From an uncultured Dehalococcoidia bacterium (lineage in GTDB: Bacteria; Chloroflexota; Dehalococcoidia; Lucifugimonadales; UBA3495): 64,000 nt of DNA. This document shows, one piece after another, positions 28,373 through 37,712 of the stretch (position 1 is its first letter; each line of letters begins with the position of its first letter). Below the pieces are notes generated by a model. The model had not been told where the DNA came from. It searched no databases and saw nothing but the letters and a program-made list of their open reading frames with translations. Location: positions 13,212 to 77,211 of the forward strand of contig CAZVRK010000008.1 in assembly GCA_964629875.1 (NCBI GenBank), given 5' to 3'. The position numbers and the translations under genes were made by a program.

Positions 28373-29401
28373 TTAACCACTCTCTGCCATCAAAGCTGTG
28401 ACTTCTGCAAGTTCATTCCGCATGCTATCCACTAAATGCAGGTCAAAACAGCGTACTGCCGTATTAATTGCTCCTGATACCCCATCTGCCTTTGAAGAGC
28501 CATGACCCAAAACTACCGGAGCATTAACCCCAAAAAGTGGCCCTCCCATCTTTCTGGGAAGGTTGGTTATCCGCCACAGATCAGAAATAATCGATTCAGA
28601 TTGGGAATTTTCCAACTGTGAAGATAGTCCTTTTTGCAAATACGATCCCAATGCCGCCCCAAGACCTTCAGTAAATTTCATGAGTATATTACCAACGAAT
28701 CCGTCGCAAACAATCACATCAGCTTTGCCAGTAAAGAAGTCCATACCCTCTACATTACCAACAAAATTCATATGACTATCCTCAAATAATTTATAACATT
28801 CTTGAACTTGTCTATTGCCTTTAGCCTCTTCAGCGCCAACGCTCAACAACCCCACGCGAGGATTTTCAAGGCCAATAAACGTTCTAGAAAAGGCTGTACC
28901 TAAGGCCGCAAAACTCAGCATTAAAGAGGGCCTACAGTCCACGTTGCTACCCATGTCGACCAACATAGTCTTAGGCGCCATACCAAGGAAAGGTCCACCA
29001 ATACAAGGTCTTTCTAATCCGTCCATTAGTCCTAGTATCATCACTGAACTAGCCATAGATGCTCCAGTAGAACCCATCGAGACCAACACGTCAGCTGCAC
29101 CGGATTTCAATAGCTTTGTCGCAACTATGATTGAAGCGTCAGGTTTAGATCTCATTGCATGGAGCGGATGCTCATCGTCTCCTATCTTGTCAACAGAAGG
29201 AACAACAGTGACCAAAGAATTATCGTAGTCATATTTAGACAATTCTTCTTCCACAGCTTTTTTATCCCCAACCAATAATACTTCTATATCAGCTACTTTT
29301 AGAGCCTCTAATGATCCCAATACCGTTTCGGTGGGGGCAAAATCACCACCCATAGCATCAACAACCACCCGAACCCTAGACATTTTGCCACTAGTATCCA
29401 T
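28373..29401 (-). CDS. plsX: phosphate acyltransferase PlsX
   Basis: ...VVVDAMGGDFAP..., ...GSTGA..., ...DGFVGNI..K..EG... are PlsX signatures. Confidence 0.9.
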   Translation of the reverse strand: MDTSGKMSRVRVVVDAMGGDFAPTETVLGSLEALKVADIEVLLVGDKKAVEEELSKYDYDNSLVTVVPSVDKIGDDEHPLHAMRSKPDASIIVATKLLKSGAADVLVSMGSTGASMASSVMILGLMDGLERPCIGGPFLGMAPKTMLVDMGSNVDCRPSLMLSFAALGTAFSRTFIGLENPRVGLLSVGAEEAKGNRQVQECYKLFEDSHMNFVGNVEGMDFFTGKADVIVCDGFVGNILMKFTEGLGAALGSYLQKGLSSQLENSQSESIISDLWRITNLPRKMGGPLFGVNAPVVLGHGSSKADGVSGAINTAVRCFDLHLVDSMRNELAEVTALMAESG

Positions 29402-29421
29402 ACCAATATCCTTTAATTGCT

Positions 29422-29844
29422 CTAGGAGACTGCAATAAGGTCTGTTTGTAACCGTGCAGTCCCTGTGATAACTTCCTGATCGTCACGCTCATTGATTATA
29501 CCAACAGAACACTCAATAAACCTGATATTTTTACTTTCGGAAAACTTTTCAACTTTCCCGTACGATCTTAAAACATCGCCTATGTAAGCTGGCCCTTTAA
29601 ACCGAGCTTTCAGAGACCCAGATTCTATCCACGCCAACCCGAAGTGAGAGGTCATCATTTCATAAACTAATGATAATGTCAGCATGCCATGCGCGATCCT
29701 ATCTCCAAAGGTCGTCGTAGTAGCAAACTCTTTATCTAAATGAAGCGGGTTATAATCCCGAGATATATCGGCGTAATCGTATATTTGTTGTTCCGTAATC
29801 TTCATTGTTAAGGTAGGTAACAATTCCAACTTAGGCTCCCACAT
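29422..29844 (-). CDS. MaoC-family hot-dog dehydratase, catalytic-type subunit (HadB-like)
   Basis: 140 aa. The hydratase-2 motif is present: YADISRDYNPLHLDKEFA (D-x-N-P-L-H-x5-A). Confidence 0.8.
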   Translation of the reverse strand: MWEPKLELLPTLTMKITEQQIYDYADISRDYNPLHLDKEFATTTTFGDRIAHGMLTLSLVYEMMTSHFGLAWIESGSLKARFKGPAYIGDVLRSYGKVEKFSESKNIRFIECSVGIINERDDQEVITGTARLQTDLIAVS

Positions 29845-29853
29845 AACTTATTA

Positions 29854-30243
29854 CTACTTGCCCTCAATCGCAAACGGCTGTAAAACGGTTGTTTTTCCGG
29901 TTTGTACAATCTCTCCATTCAAGTTAGAAACATTGTAGTCTACCGTCGTAAATATTACCGATCCTCTGCGGCGAGATCCCGATACAGTGGCAGATCCCTC
30001 AATCTGTTCACCGAAAGGTACAGATTTAAAAGCGTTAATTTCTTGCAAACTGTGGATTGTTCCACTCGGCAACTCAAGTACATTCAATAATGAACCCAAG
30101 ACTCGCGCCGAGATAAACAGCGGAGGAACTACTTCGACGGACGAATACAATTGATTTTTATCTCCAACAGCCGACAGGTAAGTCATCACTATCTCTCGTG
30201 TCGTTTCCCATATTCCTAAATGCAGATCTTGTGGTTCTGACAT
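29854..30243 (-). CDS. hot-dog fold protein, non-catalytic-type dehydratase partner (HadA/HadC-like)
   Basis: 129 aa. The corresponding motif is degenerate (GDKNQLY, no His). It lies 9 nt upstream of the catalytic-type paralog. Confidence 0.65.
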   Translation of the reverse strand: MSEPQDLHLGIWETTREIVMTYLSAVGDKNQLYSSVEVVPPLFISARVLGSLLNVLELPSGTIHSLQEINAFKSVPFGEQIEGSATVSGSRRRGSVIFTTVDYNVSNLNGEIVQTGKTTVLQPFAIEGK

Positions 30244-30334
30244 CAGCCTCAGGCATCACTCCCAAAACATTTTACGAAACAACAGTCATTATAGCGGGCA
30301 CCCGCGTATAGGAGTAAGACGTAGTGCGGCATCA

Positions 30335-31558
30335 TTACTTATCTTCTACGATGCTGAACGCTTCAATAGCCAAATCAACTATATATTCTCCTATGGCCAA
30401 CGAGGATGTAGCTCCCGGAGACGGTGCGTTAAGCACATGAACAGCTATATCTCCCTGTAATATATTGAAATCATCTGACAAACTTCCGTCTTTGGCTACC
30501 GCTTGTGCTCTAACCCCTGATCCCCCCGTATCAAGATCTGAACCAGAAATAGTAGGAATCAATTTCTGAAGATCTCGAACGAATACATTTTTTCGATAGG
30601 ACCTATTCATTTCTGATATTCCTGTCTTCCAATGCTTAGCCGACATTTTCCAAAAGCCAGGAAATCTTAGCATGTCCAATGATTCTCTTAATCTAATATC
30701 ACTTTTCTTGTAGCCCTCTCTCGACCACGCCAATACTGCATTGGGTCCCGCTTCAACCTGACCATGTATATTTCTAGTGTAATGAACACCCAAAAACGGG
30801 AACCGCGGATCTGGCACTGGGTATATCAACCCTTTAACCAAGTACTGGCTGTCTGGTTTCAGAGTATAATATTCTCCCCTGAAGGGCACGATCTGCAAAT
30901 TAGTTTCCTCACCCATAAGACCCGCCACTTTATCAGCATAAAGCCCTGCACAATTAATGATATGGCGCCCTAAAATAGACCCCTTATCTGTCTGGACTTC
31001 TTGAATACCGGCAGTCGGAATAATATTGGATACACCTGCCCCCAGATAGATCTCTCCACCAGATTCTTGGAATCTGCTTGCGTACGCCTTCGCAACCCTG
31101 ACATAATCCACAATACCGGTGCGAGGAGCCCAAAGCGCTTTGATACCATATGCATGTGGCTCTATTTCTGACAACCTCTCAGGGCCTACTATCTCAAGTC
31201 CTTGTACACCGTTTGCTACTCCCCTTTCATAGAGGTCCTGAAGCCTACCCAACTCACTTTCTTCAGTAGCAATGATTGCTTTGCCACACCGGTCATATTC
31301 GATCTCGTTCGCGTCACAAAAATCTACTAACTTCTGAACTCCTGCGACACAAAATCTGGATTTCCATGATCCCGGTCGATAATATATTCCTGAATGTATG
31401 ACTCCGCTGTTATGACCCGTTTGGTGAGAAGCTAACTCAGGTTCTTTTTCTACTACCGCTATTTTGCCGGAAGGATATCGTTGTGACAGTTGCATTGCCG
31501 TAGACAATCCGAGAATTCCGCCGCCAATAATAACTACATCATATTGTTGTGATTGCAT
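30335..31558 (-). CDS. lhgO: L-2-hydroxyglutarate oxidase/dehydrogenase (FAD-dependent)
   Basis: YDVVIIGGGILGLSTAMQL...VVEKE..LASHQTGHNSGVIHSGIYY.PGS.K is collinear with E. coli LhgO. Start set at ATG 31558 (MQSQQYDVV...); the track starts at 31594. Confidence 0.85.
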   Translation of the reverse strand: MQSQQYDVVIIGGGILGLSTAMQLSQRYPSGKIAVVEKEPELASHQTGHNSGVIHSGIYYRPGSWKSRFCVAGVQKLVDFCDANEIEYDRCGKAIIATEESELGRLQDLYERGVANGVQGLEIVGPERLSEIEPHAYGIKALWAPRTGIVDYVRVAKAYASRFQESGGEIYLGAGVSNIIPTAGIQEVQTDKGSILGRHIINCAGLYADKVAGLMGEETNLQIVPFRGEYYTLKPDSQYLVKGLIYPVPDPRFPFLGVHYTRNIHGQVEAGPNAVLAWSREGYKKSDIRLRESLDMLRFPGFWKMSAKHWKTGISEMNRSYRKNVFVRDLQKLIPTISGSDLDTGGSGVRAQAVAKDGSLSDDFNILQGDIAVHVLNAPSPGATSSLAIGEYIVDLAIEAFSIVEDK

Positions 31559-31731
31559 ATCTAACTCTGAATTAAGATTATTTGAACCACGCATATCCTA
31601 GCATTCGCACCATCTAGTGTAAATCTAACTTGGGAATCTAAAGAAGTATTATTCTTCTTGACCCATGTGAAGCGCTATGCTTAACTGTTATTTCTCTTCT
31701 AAGAAAGATAATCTCCAATCAAGGAGGATCC

Positions 31732-32781
31732 ATGGAATTCGGCATGTTCATGGAATTCGGCACTAGGACAGGTGCCTCGGAACAAGAAGCATTTTCAGAA
31801 GGTTTTTCATTAGTAGATGCCGCTGAATGCTGGGGGCTAGACGGAGCTTGGCTTGCTGAGCTACATTTCAATCCTGGCAGGTCAGTATTATCATCACCTA
31901 TAACCATCGCCAGTTCCATAGCCACGCGTACAAAATCTCTCCGAATCGGCATGGCAGTATATGTCCTACCCTTAAACAACCCAATTCGCATTGCTGAAGA
32001 GGTAGCTACAATAGACCAAATCAGCGAAGGTCGGTTTGAATTAGGCATAGGCAGGAGCGGATTTCCGAGAGCCTATGACGTTTATGGGATACCTTACGAC
32101 GAGAGCAGAGCTAGGTTCGATGAAGCCCTGCAAATTCTAATAAAATGCTGGACTGGACCCGAATTTAGTTACGACGGTAATTTCTACCAGATAACCAATG
32201 CACAGCCCACACCACAGCCCTACCAAAAGCCGCACCCACCTGTAAGAATAGCAGCTACTACACCAGAAACTTTCACTAGATTAGGAGAGCAAGGCTGGCC
32301 AATTTTCGTAGGTCTAAGAGGGATGGATATCCATGAATTGTCGGAAAATATCAAGGTATATAGAAAAGCCTGGTCTGATTCGGGACACCCCGGCCAGGGA
32401 AAAGTCTCATTAAGAATGCCAGTATATGCCGCTGACACCGACCAAATCGCCGCCGATGAAGCCTACGAAAGTATTAGTTCGTATTTTGGCAGAATGGGGA
32501 CACTATATAGAGAATCTGCTGGTTCTTCAGGAATTAATGCCACAGAATTACGGGATAATAGAGCGGCTCGATTAGCAGCGCTGTCTTATGAAGAGATGCT
32601 CGATACCAAGGTAGCCTTTGGAAGCTCCAGCTCTCTGATAGAAAAATTTCAACATCTTGAAGAGATCCTCGGTGTCAACGGTATAGTAGCAGAACTAAAT
32701 CCTGGAGGTCTCATCCCATCGGACAGGGTGTTAAACAGCTTGAAATTGATAACCCATAAGATAATGCCTAGTTTCAAATAA
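31732..32781 (+). CDS. LLM-class flavin-dependent oxidoreductase
   Basis: MEFGMFMEF...GLDGAWLAELHF...LPLNNPIRIAEEVATIDQISEGRFELGIGRSG are LLM blocks. AAGGAGG SD upstream. Confidence 0.9.
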   Translation: MEFGMFMEFGTRTGASEQEAFSEGFSLVDAAECWGLDGAWLAELHFNPGRSVLSSPITIASSIATRTKSLRIGMAVYVLPLNNPIRIAEEVATIDQISEGRFELGIGRSGFPRAYDVYGIPYDESRARFDEALQILIKCWTGPEFSYDGNFYQITNAQPTPQPYQKPHPPVRIAATTPETFTRLGEQGWPIFVGLRGMDIHELSENIKVYRKAWSDSGHPGQGKVSLRMPVYAADTDQIAADEAYESISSYFGRMGTLYRESAGSSGINATELRDNRAARLAALSYEEMLDTKVAFGSSSSLIEKFQHLEEILGVNGIVAELNPGGLIPSDRVLNSLKLITHKIMPSFK

Positions 32782-32830
32782 AGAACACACCTAAACATCC
32801 TGGTCATATTGGCCAAATAGGAGACATATT

Positions 32831-33799
32831 TTGAAAGTCGCAATTTTGGATGACTATCAATCTGTAGCAAAGGATATGGCCGACTGGAAAAGCCTTTCAG
32901 GTACAGATGTCGAGTTTTTTTCAGACCACATATCAGAAGATCAAGAGCTCGTCAGACGACTAAAACCTTTTGACATCATCATGGGCATGCGGGAGCGGAC
33001 GCCTTTTCCCAAGAGCCTAATTGACCAACTACCTAATTTGAAACTCCTGATCACTAGCGGTGCGCGAAACGCGTCATTTGACTTGGAAGCCGCCACAAAC
33101 CACGGAATTCTAGTATGCGGCACACAAGGTTCGGGAGAAGGCCCAACAGAGTTAACGTGGGGACTAATACTCGCATTATTACGAAATATACCTCAAGAAG
33201 ACAGACTCACACGGGAAGGCAAATGGGGAACATCAGTTGGTATAGGATTAAAAGGTAAAACAATTGGATTGTTAGGCTTAGGACACATAGGATCACTCGT
33301 CGCTAAAGTAGCTGACGCATTTGGAATGAATGTTGTGGCATGGAGCCAGAATCTTACACCAGAACGTGCTGCCGAATGCAATGCTAAGTTAGTATCAAAA
33401 ACAGAGTTATTCGAACTATCCGACATTCTATCTATACACGTCAGATTAAGTGACCGAACGAGAGGATTAGTTGGTGAGGCTGAGCTGAATCTAATGAAGG
33501 CAACATCATACTTAATCAACATTTCGCGTGGCCCCATAGTAGACGAAGATGCATTAATATCACATCTCAAGTCTCAAAAATTAGCTGGTGCGGGGTTAGA
33601 TACTTTTGATGTAGAACCACTTAGTCCAAATCATCCGTTGATGTCCCTGTCGAACGTAGTGTTGACACCTCACATTGGATACGTAACACAAGAAGGATAC
33701 ACAGCTTTCTATCAAGGGGTGGTAGAAAACATCAAGGCTTTTATATCGGGAGAACCCATAAGAGTTATAAACCAAGAAGTCTTAAACAAGAAAAATTAA
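32831..33799 (+). CDS. D-isomer-specific 2-hydroxyacid dehydrogenase family protein
   Basis: GLLGLGHIGSLVA (NAD fold), NISRGPIVDE, TPHIGY (R/E/H catalytic set). TTG start. Confidence 0.88.
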   Translation: MKVAILDDYQSVAKDMADWKSLSGTDVEFFSDHISEDQELVRRLKPFDIIMGMRERTPFPKSLIDQLPNLKLLITSGARNASFDLEAATNHGILVCGTQGSGEGPTELTWGLILALLRNIPQEDRLTREGKWGTSVGIGLKGKTIGLLGLGHIGSLVAKVADAFGMNVVAWSQNLTPERAAECNAKLVSKTELFELSDILSIHVRLSDRTRGLVGEAELNLMKATSYLINISRGPIVDEDALISHLKSQKLAGAGLDTFDVEPLSPNHPLMSLSNVVLTPHIGYVTQEGYTAFYQGVVENIKAFISGEPIRVINQEVLNKKN

Positions 33800-33808
33800 G
33801 GAGTCAGC

Positions 33809-34777
33809 ATGAAAGCGGTAAGAATAAGAGAATATGGAGGACTAGAGGTACTTAAATGGGAGGAGGCAGATGTTCCGACTCCCCGACCACATCAAGTTTT
33901 GATCAAAGTAGAATCCTCTGGAGTCAATTATGCTGATATCATGCGACGACAAGGAAATTATCCAGGTCCTGAATTACCTGCTACCTTGGGGCTAGAAGCC
34001 GCCGGTATCATTGAAGCTATAGGATCTGATGTATCATCTCCTCTTCAGATTGGACAGAGAGTAATGGGTATGGGACCTCAGGGAAATGCCGAATATGTAG
34101 CAATCAACGCTAATCTAGTGTTCCCCTATCCAGACAATGTAGACCCACAAGTCGCAGGAGGAATGCCAATCGTATTCTTGACAGCTTATCATCTACTTAG
34201 AAGCAGAGGCCAGATGCAATCGGGAGACAATGTGCTAATCCAAGCAGGTGCCTCCGGTGTTGGTACAGTAGCAACACAGATGGCACATACTTGGGGCGCC
34301 AAAGTAATAACCACAGCTTCAACAACAGATAAACTTGAACTGAGCAAATCTCTAGGGGCAGATGAAACTATTAACTATACTGAAGAAGATTTTGAGCAAA
34401 AAGTGATGGAGATTACAGAAGGTAAAGGAGTACAACTAATACTAGAATCCGTAGGAGGCTCGGTACTGGAAAAAAGTGTAAAGTGCGTAGCGCCATATGG
34501 ACAACTAATAAGCTACGGCAACGCATCCGGAGTCACAGCGAACATCCCATCAACTGACTTCACATCGGCGAATCGTCGGATTACTGGCTTTAGCATGGGA
34601 CGCTCTCCAGTAGGAACTTTAGACCACGAATCAGCTATGAAGGAACTAACCCCCATGATCGCATCAGGAAGTCTAAGGTTGATAGTAGATCAGATACAAC
34701 CCATGGCCGAGGTAGCTAAAGCCCACGAACATCTTTCCAATCGCGGCACTCGCGGCAAAGTGATACTCATTCCTTAG
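33809..34777 (+). CDS. NADPH:quinone oxidoreductase / zeta-crystallin-type MDR protein
   Basis: ...SGVNYADIMRRQGNYP... and AGASGVGT. Lacks the catalytic zinc ligand pattern. GGAG SD upstream. Confidence 0.88.
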   Translation: MKAVRIREYGGLEVLKWEEADVPTPRPHQVLIKVESSGVNYADIMRRQGNYPGPELPATLGLEAAGIIEAIGSDVSSPLQIGQRVMGMGPQGNAEYVAINANLVFPYPDNVDPQVAGGMPIVFLTAYHLLRSRGQMQSGDNVLIQAGASGVGTVATQMAHTWGAKVITTASTTDKLELSKSLGADETINYTEEDFEQKVMEITEGKGVQLILESVGGSVLEKSVKCVAPYGQLISYGNASGVTANIPSTDFTSANRRITGFSMGRSPVGTLDHESAMKELTPMIASGSLRLIVDQIQPMAEVAKAHEHLSNRGTRGKVILIP

Positions 34778-34790
34778 TAAAATAGAAGGC

Positions 34791-34828
34791 GGGGTGTAGT
34801 AAACGCATTAAGAATGGGACTACACCCC
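34791..34828. terminator. bidirectional hairpin between convergent genes
   Basis: GGGGTGTAGT-N18-ACTACACCCC, a perfect 10-bp stem flanked by A/T-rich runs on both sides (aaaataga / aattatttt). Confidence 0.6.
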
Positions 34829-34844
34829 AATTATTTTAGCCAGT

Positions 34845-35105
34845 CTATTCTTCAGATTCTGAAATTAAACCCATCTTCAACTGGTTTATCCACCACCACA
34901 AACGATCCCAAACTATCCTTCTCTCCGAGTCAGTAAGTCCTCTCCCCAAATGGTCCCGACAAGCAACAACTCCTTGCCCTGCCAAGTGACCCCAACTACC
35001 CGGCTCATTTCTAAACAGACCAACAACGCTCTGCCGATTTTGGCTTAACACATTTATTAGGATCTCATTCAAATCAGAATCATTTAGTTCGGGATTTGAT
35101 GACAT
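34845..35105 (-). CDS. hypothetical protein (86 aa, Trp-rich C-terminal half)
   Basis: The ORF's ATG lies 8 nt after the ThiS GGG codons and overlaps the thiS 3' end by 22 nt. No motif recognised. Confidence 0.35.
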   Translation of the reverse strand: MSSNPELNDSDLNEILINVLSQNRQSVVGLFRNEPGSWGHLAGQGVVACRDHLGRGLTDSERRIVWDRLWWWINQLKMGLISESEE

Positions 35106-35317
35106 ACTAAAGGCAACCCTCCACCAACAGGGCGAACTATTTCCAACAGGTCGCCATTGGATAGTTTAATCTGGGCAAAGTTTGCTTTTTGGACGACCTC
35201 TCCGTTATACCCTACAGCAACAAATTTAAGATCCACATCTATAGTCAACAAATAGGTTTCCAAAGAACTATTATCTTCCGCCTGGCGTGGTTTTCCATTA
35301 ACTGTAAGATCAATCAA
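35084..35317 (-). CDS. thiS: sulfur-carrier protein ThiS with a 10-residue extension after the GG terminus
   Basis: MIDLTVNGKPRQ...GDLLEIVRPVGGG is a 67-aa ThiS/ubiquitin-like fold sequence. The ORF continues LPLVCHQIPN before the TAA. Located downstream of thiG-thiE. Confidence 0.75.
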   Translation of the reverse strand: MIDLTVNGKPRQAEDNSSLETYLLTIDVDLKFVAVGYNGEVVQKANFAQIKLSNGDLLEIVRPVGGGLPLVCHQIPN

Positions 35318-35355
35318 TTATTGCTGTCCTAACATAGAAGGTATAGGCATTGTAG

Positions 35356-35994
35356 TCATATAACACTATCATACAACACAGTCTTTAGTCTCTTGGCTGC
35401 TTCAAAAGGATCAGGGGAGCCCAACACACTGTCTATCACTGCAACTCCAGATGCACCGGCATCTACTACAAGTCGCGCATTATCTGGCGTAATCCCACCG
35501 ATACCCAATATTGGGATAGACACTTCACCAGAATCTTTCATAGCTCGTATTAAATTCGGACCTTCAGGCAATTTACCAGGGTGAGAATTTGTCGCGAACA
35601 TAGTACCAGCTATCAAAAAGTCTACCCCTTCTTTTTGAGCTATTATGGCGCTGTGAACACTATGTACTGATTTACCGATAAGGGCATCTGAGCCAATAAC
35701 GGCTCGGACTTGTTCTATTGGCTCACTCGTCTCTGGTAAATGCACTCCGATTGCCCGATCCTTTGCGATTTGGACATGCCCATTTACCAAAATGTGTGTT
35801 GGCTTCTGCACCCTCTCGATAATTACACGAGTCAGATATTCCAGCATTTCCTCTTCAAGATCTTTTTCTCGAATCTGAATCATATCTGCCCCTCCGCTGA
35901 CCGCGCTAGCTAAACTATCCACTAGAGTATCTAGCTGATATCTTTGGGAGTCAGTTACTATACAGAGGCACGGCAATCGCAAAAGCTCTTTCAC
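35356..35994 (-). CDS. thiE: thiamine-phosphate synthase
   Basis: ...GADMIQIREKD..., ...GVHL..., ...IGKSVHS..., ...PILGIGGI... are ThiE TIM-barrel blocks. Confidence 0.9.
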   Translation of the reverse strand: MKELLRLPCLCIVTDSQRYQLDTLVDSLASAVSGGADMIQIREKDLEEEMLEYLTRVIIERVQKPTHILVNGHVQIAKDRAIGVHLPETSEPIEQVRAVIGSDALIGKSVHSVHSAIIAQKEGVDFLIAGTMFATNSHPGKLPEGPNLIRAMKDSGEVSIPILGIGGITPDNARLVVDAGASGVAVIDSVLGSPDPFEAAKRLKTVLYDSVI

Positions 35995-36000
35995 TGCTAA

Positions 36001-36780
36001 TCAGCCAGGCTGCGGAACATCAGATGTTGGGCTGCTCGCATTAGCATAATTTCTAGTAGGGATTCTCCCCGCTAAGTAAGCCTTACGGCCCGCCTCCACC
36101 CCCAGTTTGAAAGCCTCACCCATAAGAGCAGGATCCTCAGCCTGCGCTATTGCAGTATTAACTAACACCGCATCTGCCCCTATCTCTAAAGCTTTGGAAG
36201 CGTCCGAGGGAACCGCCAAGCCTGCATCTACTACAACAGGAACGTTCGCTCGTTCGATTATTATCCTTACTTCCTCTACTGTATGTATGCCTTGGCCAGA
36301 ACCAATAGCCGATCCGAGAGGCATCACCGTAGCACACCCTACCTCTTCAAGTCTCAAAGCTAACATAGGGTCAGCGTGTATGTAAGGCAGGACCGTAAAT
36401 CCTTCCAATACCAGTTGCCTAGCTGCCTCTAGAGTTGCAGCAGGATCTGGAAATAAGTATTTGGGATCAGGGATAACTTCTAGCTTAACAAAATCTGTCT
36501 TCGCCACTTCCCTACCCAATTTTGCAACGAAGACCGCCTCTTCAACCGTTTGACACCCGGCTGTATTAGGTAAAATATTATATTTATCCCAGTCAATATA
36601 ATCTAAAATAGTCTTCTCATTTGGATTATCTAAATCCAATCGCCTTATAGCTACCGTCACCATCTCTGTCCCAGACGATTCCAACGCCTGAACCATATCT
36701 TCCATACTTCGGTATCTACCCGTCCCAACTATCAATCGAGATTTAAAAGTTTTCCCGCCTATAACCAAATCATCAGACAT
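36001..36780 (-). CDS. thiG: thiazole synthase
   Basis: ...LIVGTGRY.S...MVTVAIRR...[13 protein letters not shown]...KLEVI.D...L.PD...VMPLGS.IGSG.G... is highly conserved ThiG sequence. AAGGAG SD upstream. Confidence 0.95.
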   Translation of the reverse strand: MSDDLVIGGKTFKSRLIVGTGRYRSMEDMVQALESSGTEMVTVAIRRLDLDNPNEKTILDYIDWDKYNILPNTAGCQTVEEAVFVAKLGREVAKTDFVKLEVIPDPKYLFPDPAATLEAARQLVLEGFTVLPYIHADPMLALRLEEVGCATVMPLGSAIGSGQGIHTVEEVRIIIERANVPVVVDAGLAVPSDASKALEIGADAVLVNTAIAQAEDPALMGEAFKLGVEAGRKAYLAGRIPTRNYANASSPTSDVPQPG

Positions 36781-36800
36781 TTTATATCTCCTTGAACACT

Positions 36801-36842
36801 GATATAAGGACCGCCGACATAAATGCCGGCGGTCCTTATATC
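36801..36842 (-). other. perfect 16-bp stem hairpin in the thiG leader
   Basis: GATATAAGGACCGCCG-N10-CGGCGGTCCTTATATC. It ends 21 nt before the thiG ATG, has no U-tract on either strand, and the SD (AAGGAG) lies just outside the stem. Confidence 0.7.
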
Positions 36843-36953
36843 ATATTAGTTTCTCTCTATTATTCTGAGCCAACCCATTTGTCGTAAAGTTATTCATCCT
36901 TATCATACGGACTCATGATGATATTGCTATACACATTACCGTCGCTTCGGCCC

Positions 36954-36982
36954 AGCTTAGCACCCGGCATATGCTAAGTCAA
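36954..36982 (-). promoter_or_regulatory. putative promoter of the thiG-thiE-thiS operon
   Basis: Minus strand reads TTGACT (36982..36977), 17-nt spacer, TAAGCT (36959..36954). Confidence 0.4.
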
Positions 36983-37016
36983 CGCAGATACAACTCATGT
37001 AAAATTAGTCCTGCCG

Positions 37017-37697
37017 CTATAGCTCATACTCTTTAACGACATCAGTCACTATCAAACGGGCCATAGTAATCGACTGAACTTCTTCTACGGTCCATCCAGG
37101 CGCTATTTCTTTTAAAACCAAACCTTCGTATGTTGGAGCCATTACAGCAATGTCGGTCACTATCAATGACACACATTCTTTACCGGTGATAGGGAAAGTA
37201 CACTCATCTACTATTTTTGAATTATCACTACGATCAGTATGTTCCATAGCTACGATTACCTGTTTTGCACCTGCGGCCAAATCCATCGCACCACCAATGT
37301 TACCGACACCTCTTTCTGGCAACATCCAGTTAGCGAGATCTCCTCTTGCCGACACTTGATGTGCCCCAAGGACCGTGACATCAACATGTCCTCCTCTTAT
37401 CATCGCAAATCCATCAACTGAACTGAAAAAGGCCATGCCAGGAACAGCGGCCAAGAATTGACCTCCAGCATTGATCAAGTCAATATCCTGACTATCTTCA
37501 TCAGCTAGAGGACCACAATTCAGAACCCCACTTTCGCTATGGTAAAAGACAATACTATCGTCAGATACAAAGGTAGAAACGAGAGTTGGGATACCTATTC
37601 CCAGATTTACATATCCGCCGTCTGGCAATTCTTTTGCAACCCGCATTGCCACTACTTCTCTAGGTAATCTTTCTTTATTTTCGATCATTAAGTTCAC
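37017..37697 (-). CDS. 3-oxoacid CoA-transferase subunit B (class I CoA-transferase beta)
   Basis: ...GGYVNLGIGIPTLV..., active-site block YHSESGVL (the SENG-type Glu), FAMIRGGHVDV..LGA.QVS..GDLANW, GGAMDL. Confidence 0.9.
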   Translation of the reverse strand: MNLMIENKERLPREVVAMRVAKELPDGGYVNLGIGIPTLVSTFVSDDSIVFYHSESGVLNCGPLADEDSQDIDLINAGGQFLAAVPGMAFFSSVDGFAMIRGGHVDVTVLGAHQVSARGDLANWMLPERGVGNIGGAMDLAAGAKQVIVAMEHTDRSDNSKIVDECTFPITGKECVSLIVTDIAVMAPTYEGLVLKEIAPGWTVEEVQSITMARLIVTDVVKEYEL

Positions 37698-37712
37698 ATT
37701 AATCCACGATAA

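Noticed and set aside
36781-37016. Expected a TPP (THI-box) riboswitch upstream of thiG.
   Set aside because: I read both strands. GGGTGC occurs once (minus strand, about 36967..36962), but the invariant CUGAGA and ACCUGAUCUGGAUAAUGCCAGCG elements are absent. A CTGAGC...ACCC string lies on the wrong strand and lacks the remaining helices.
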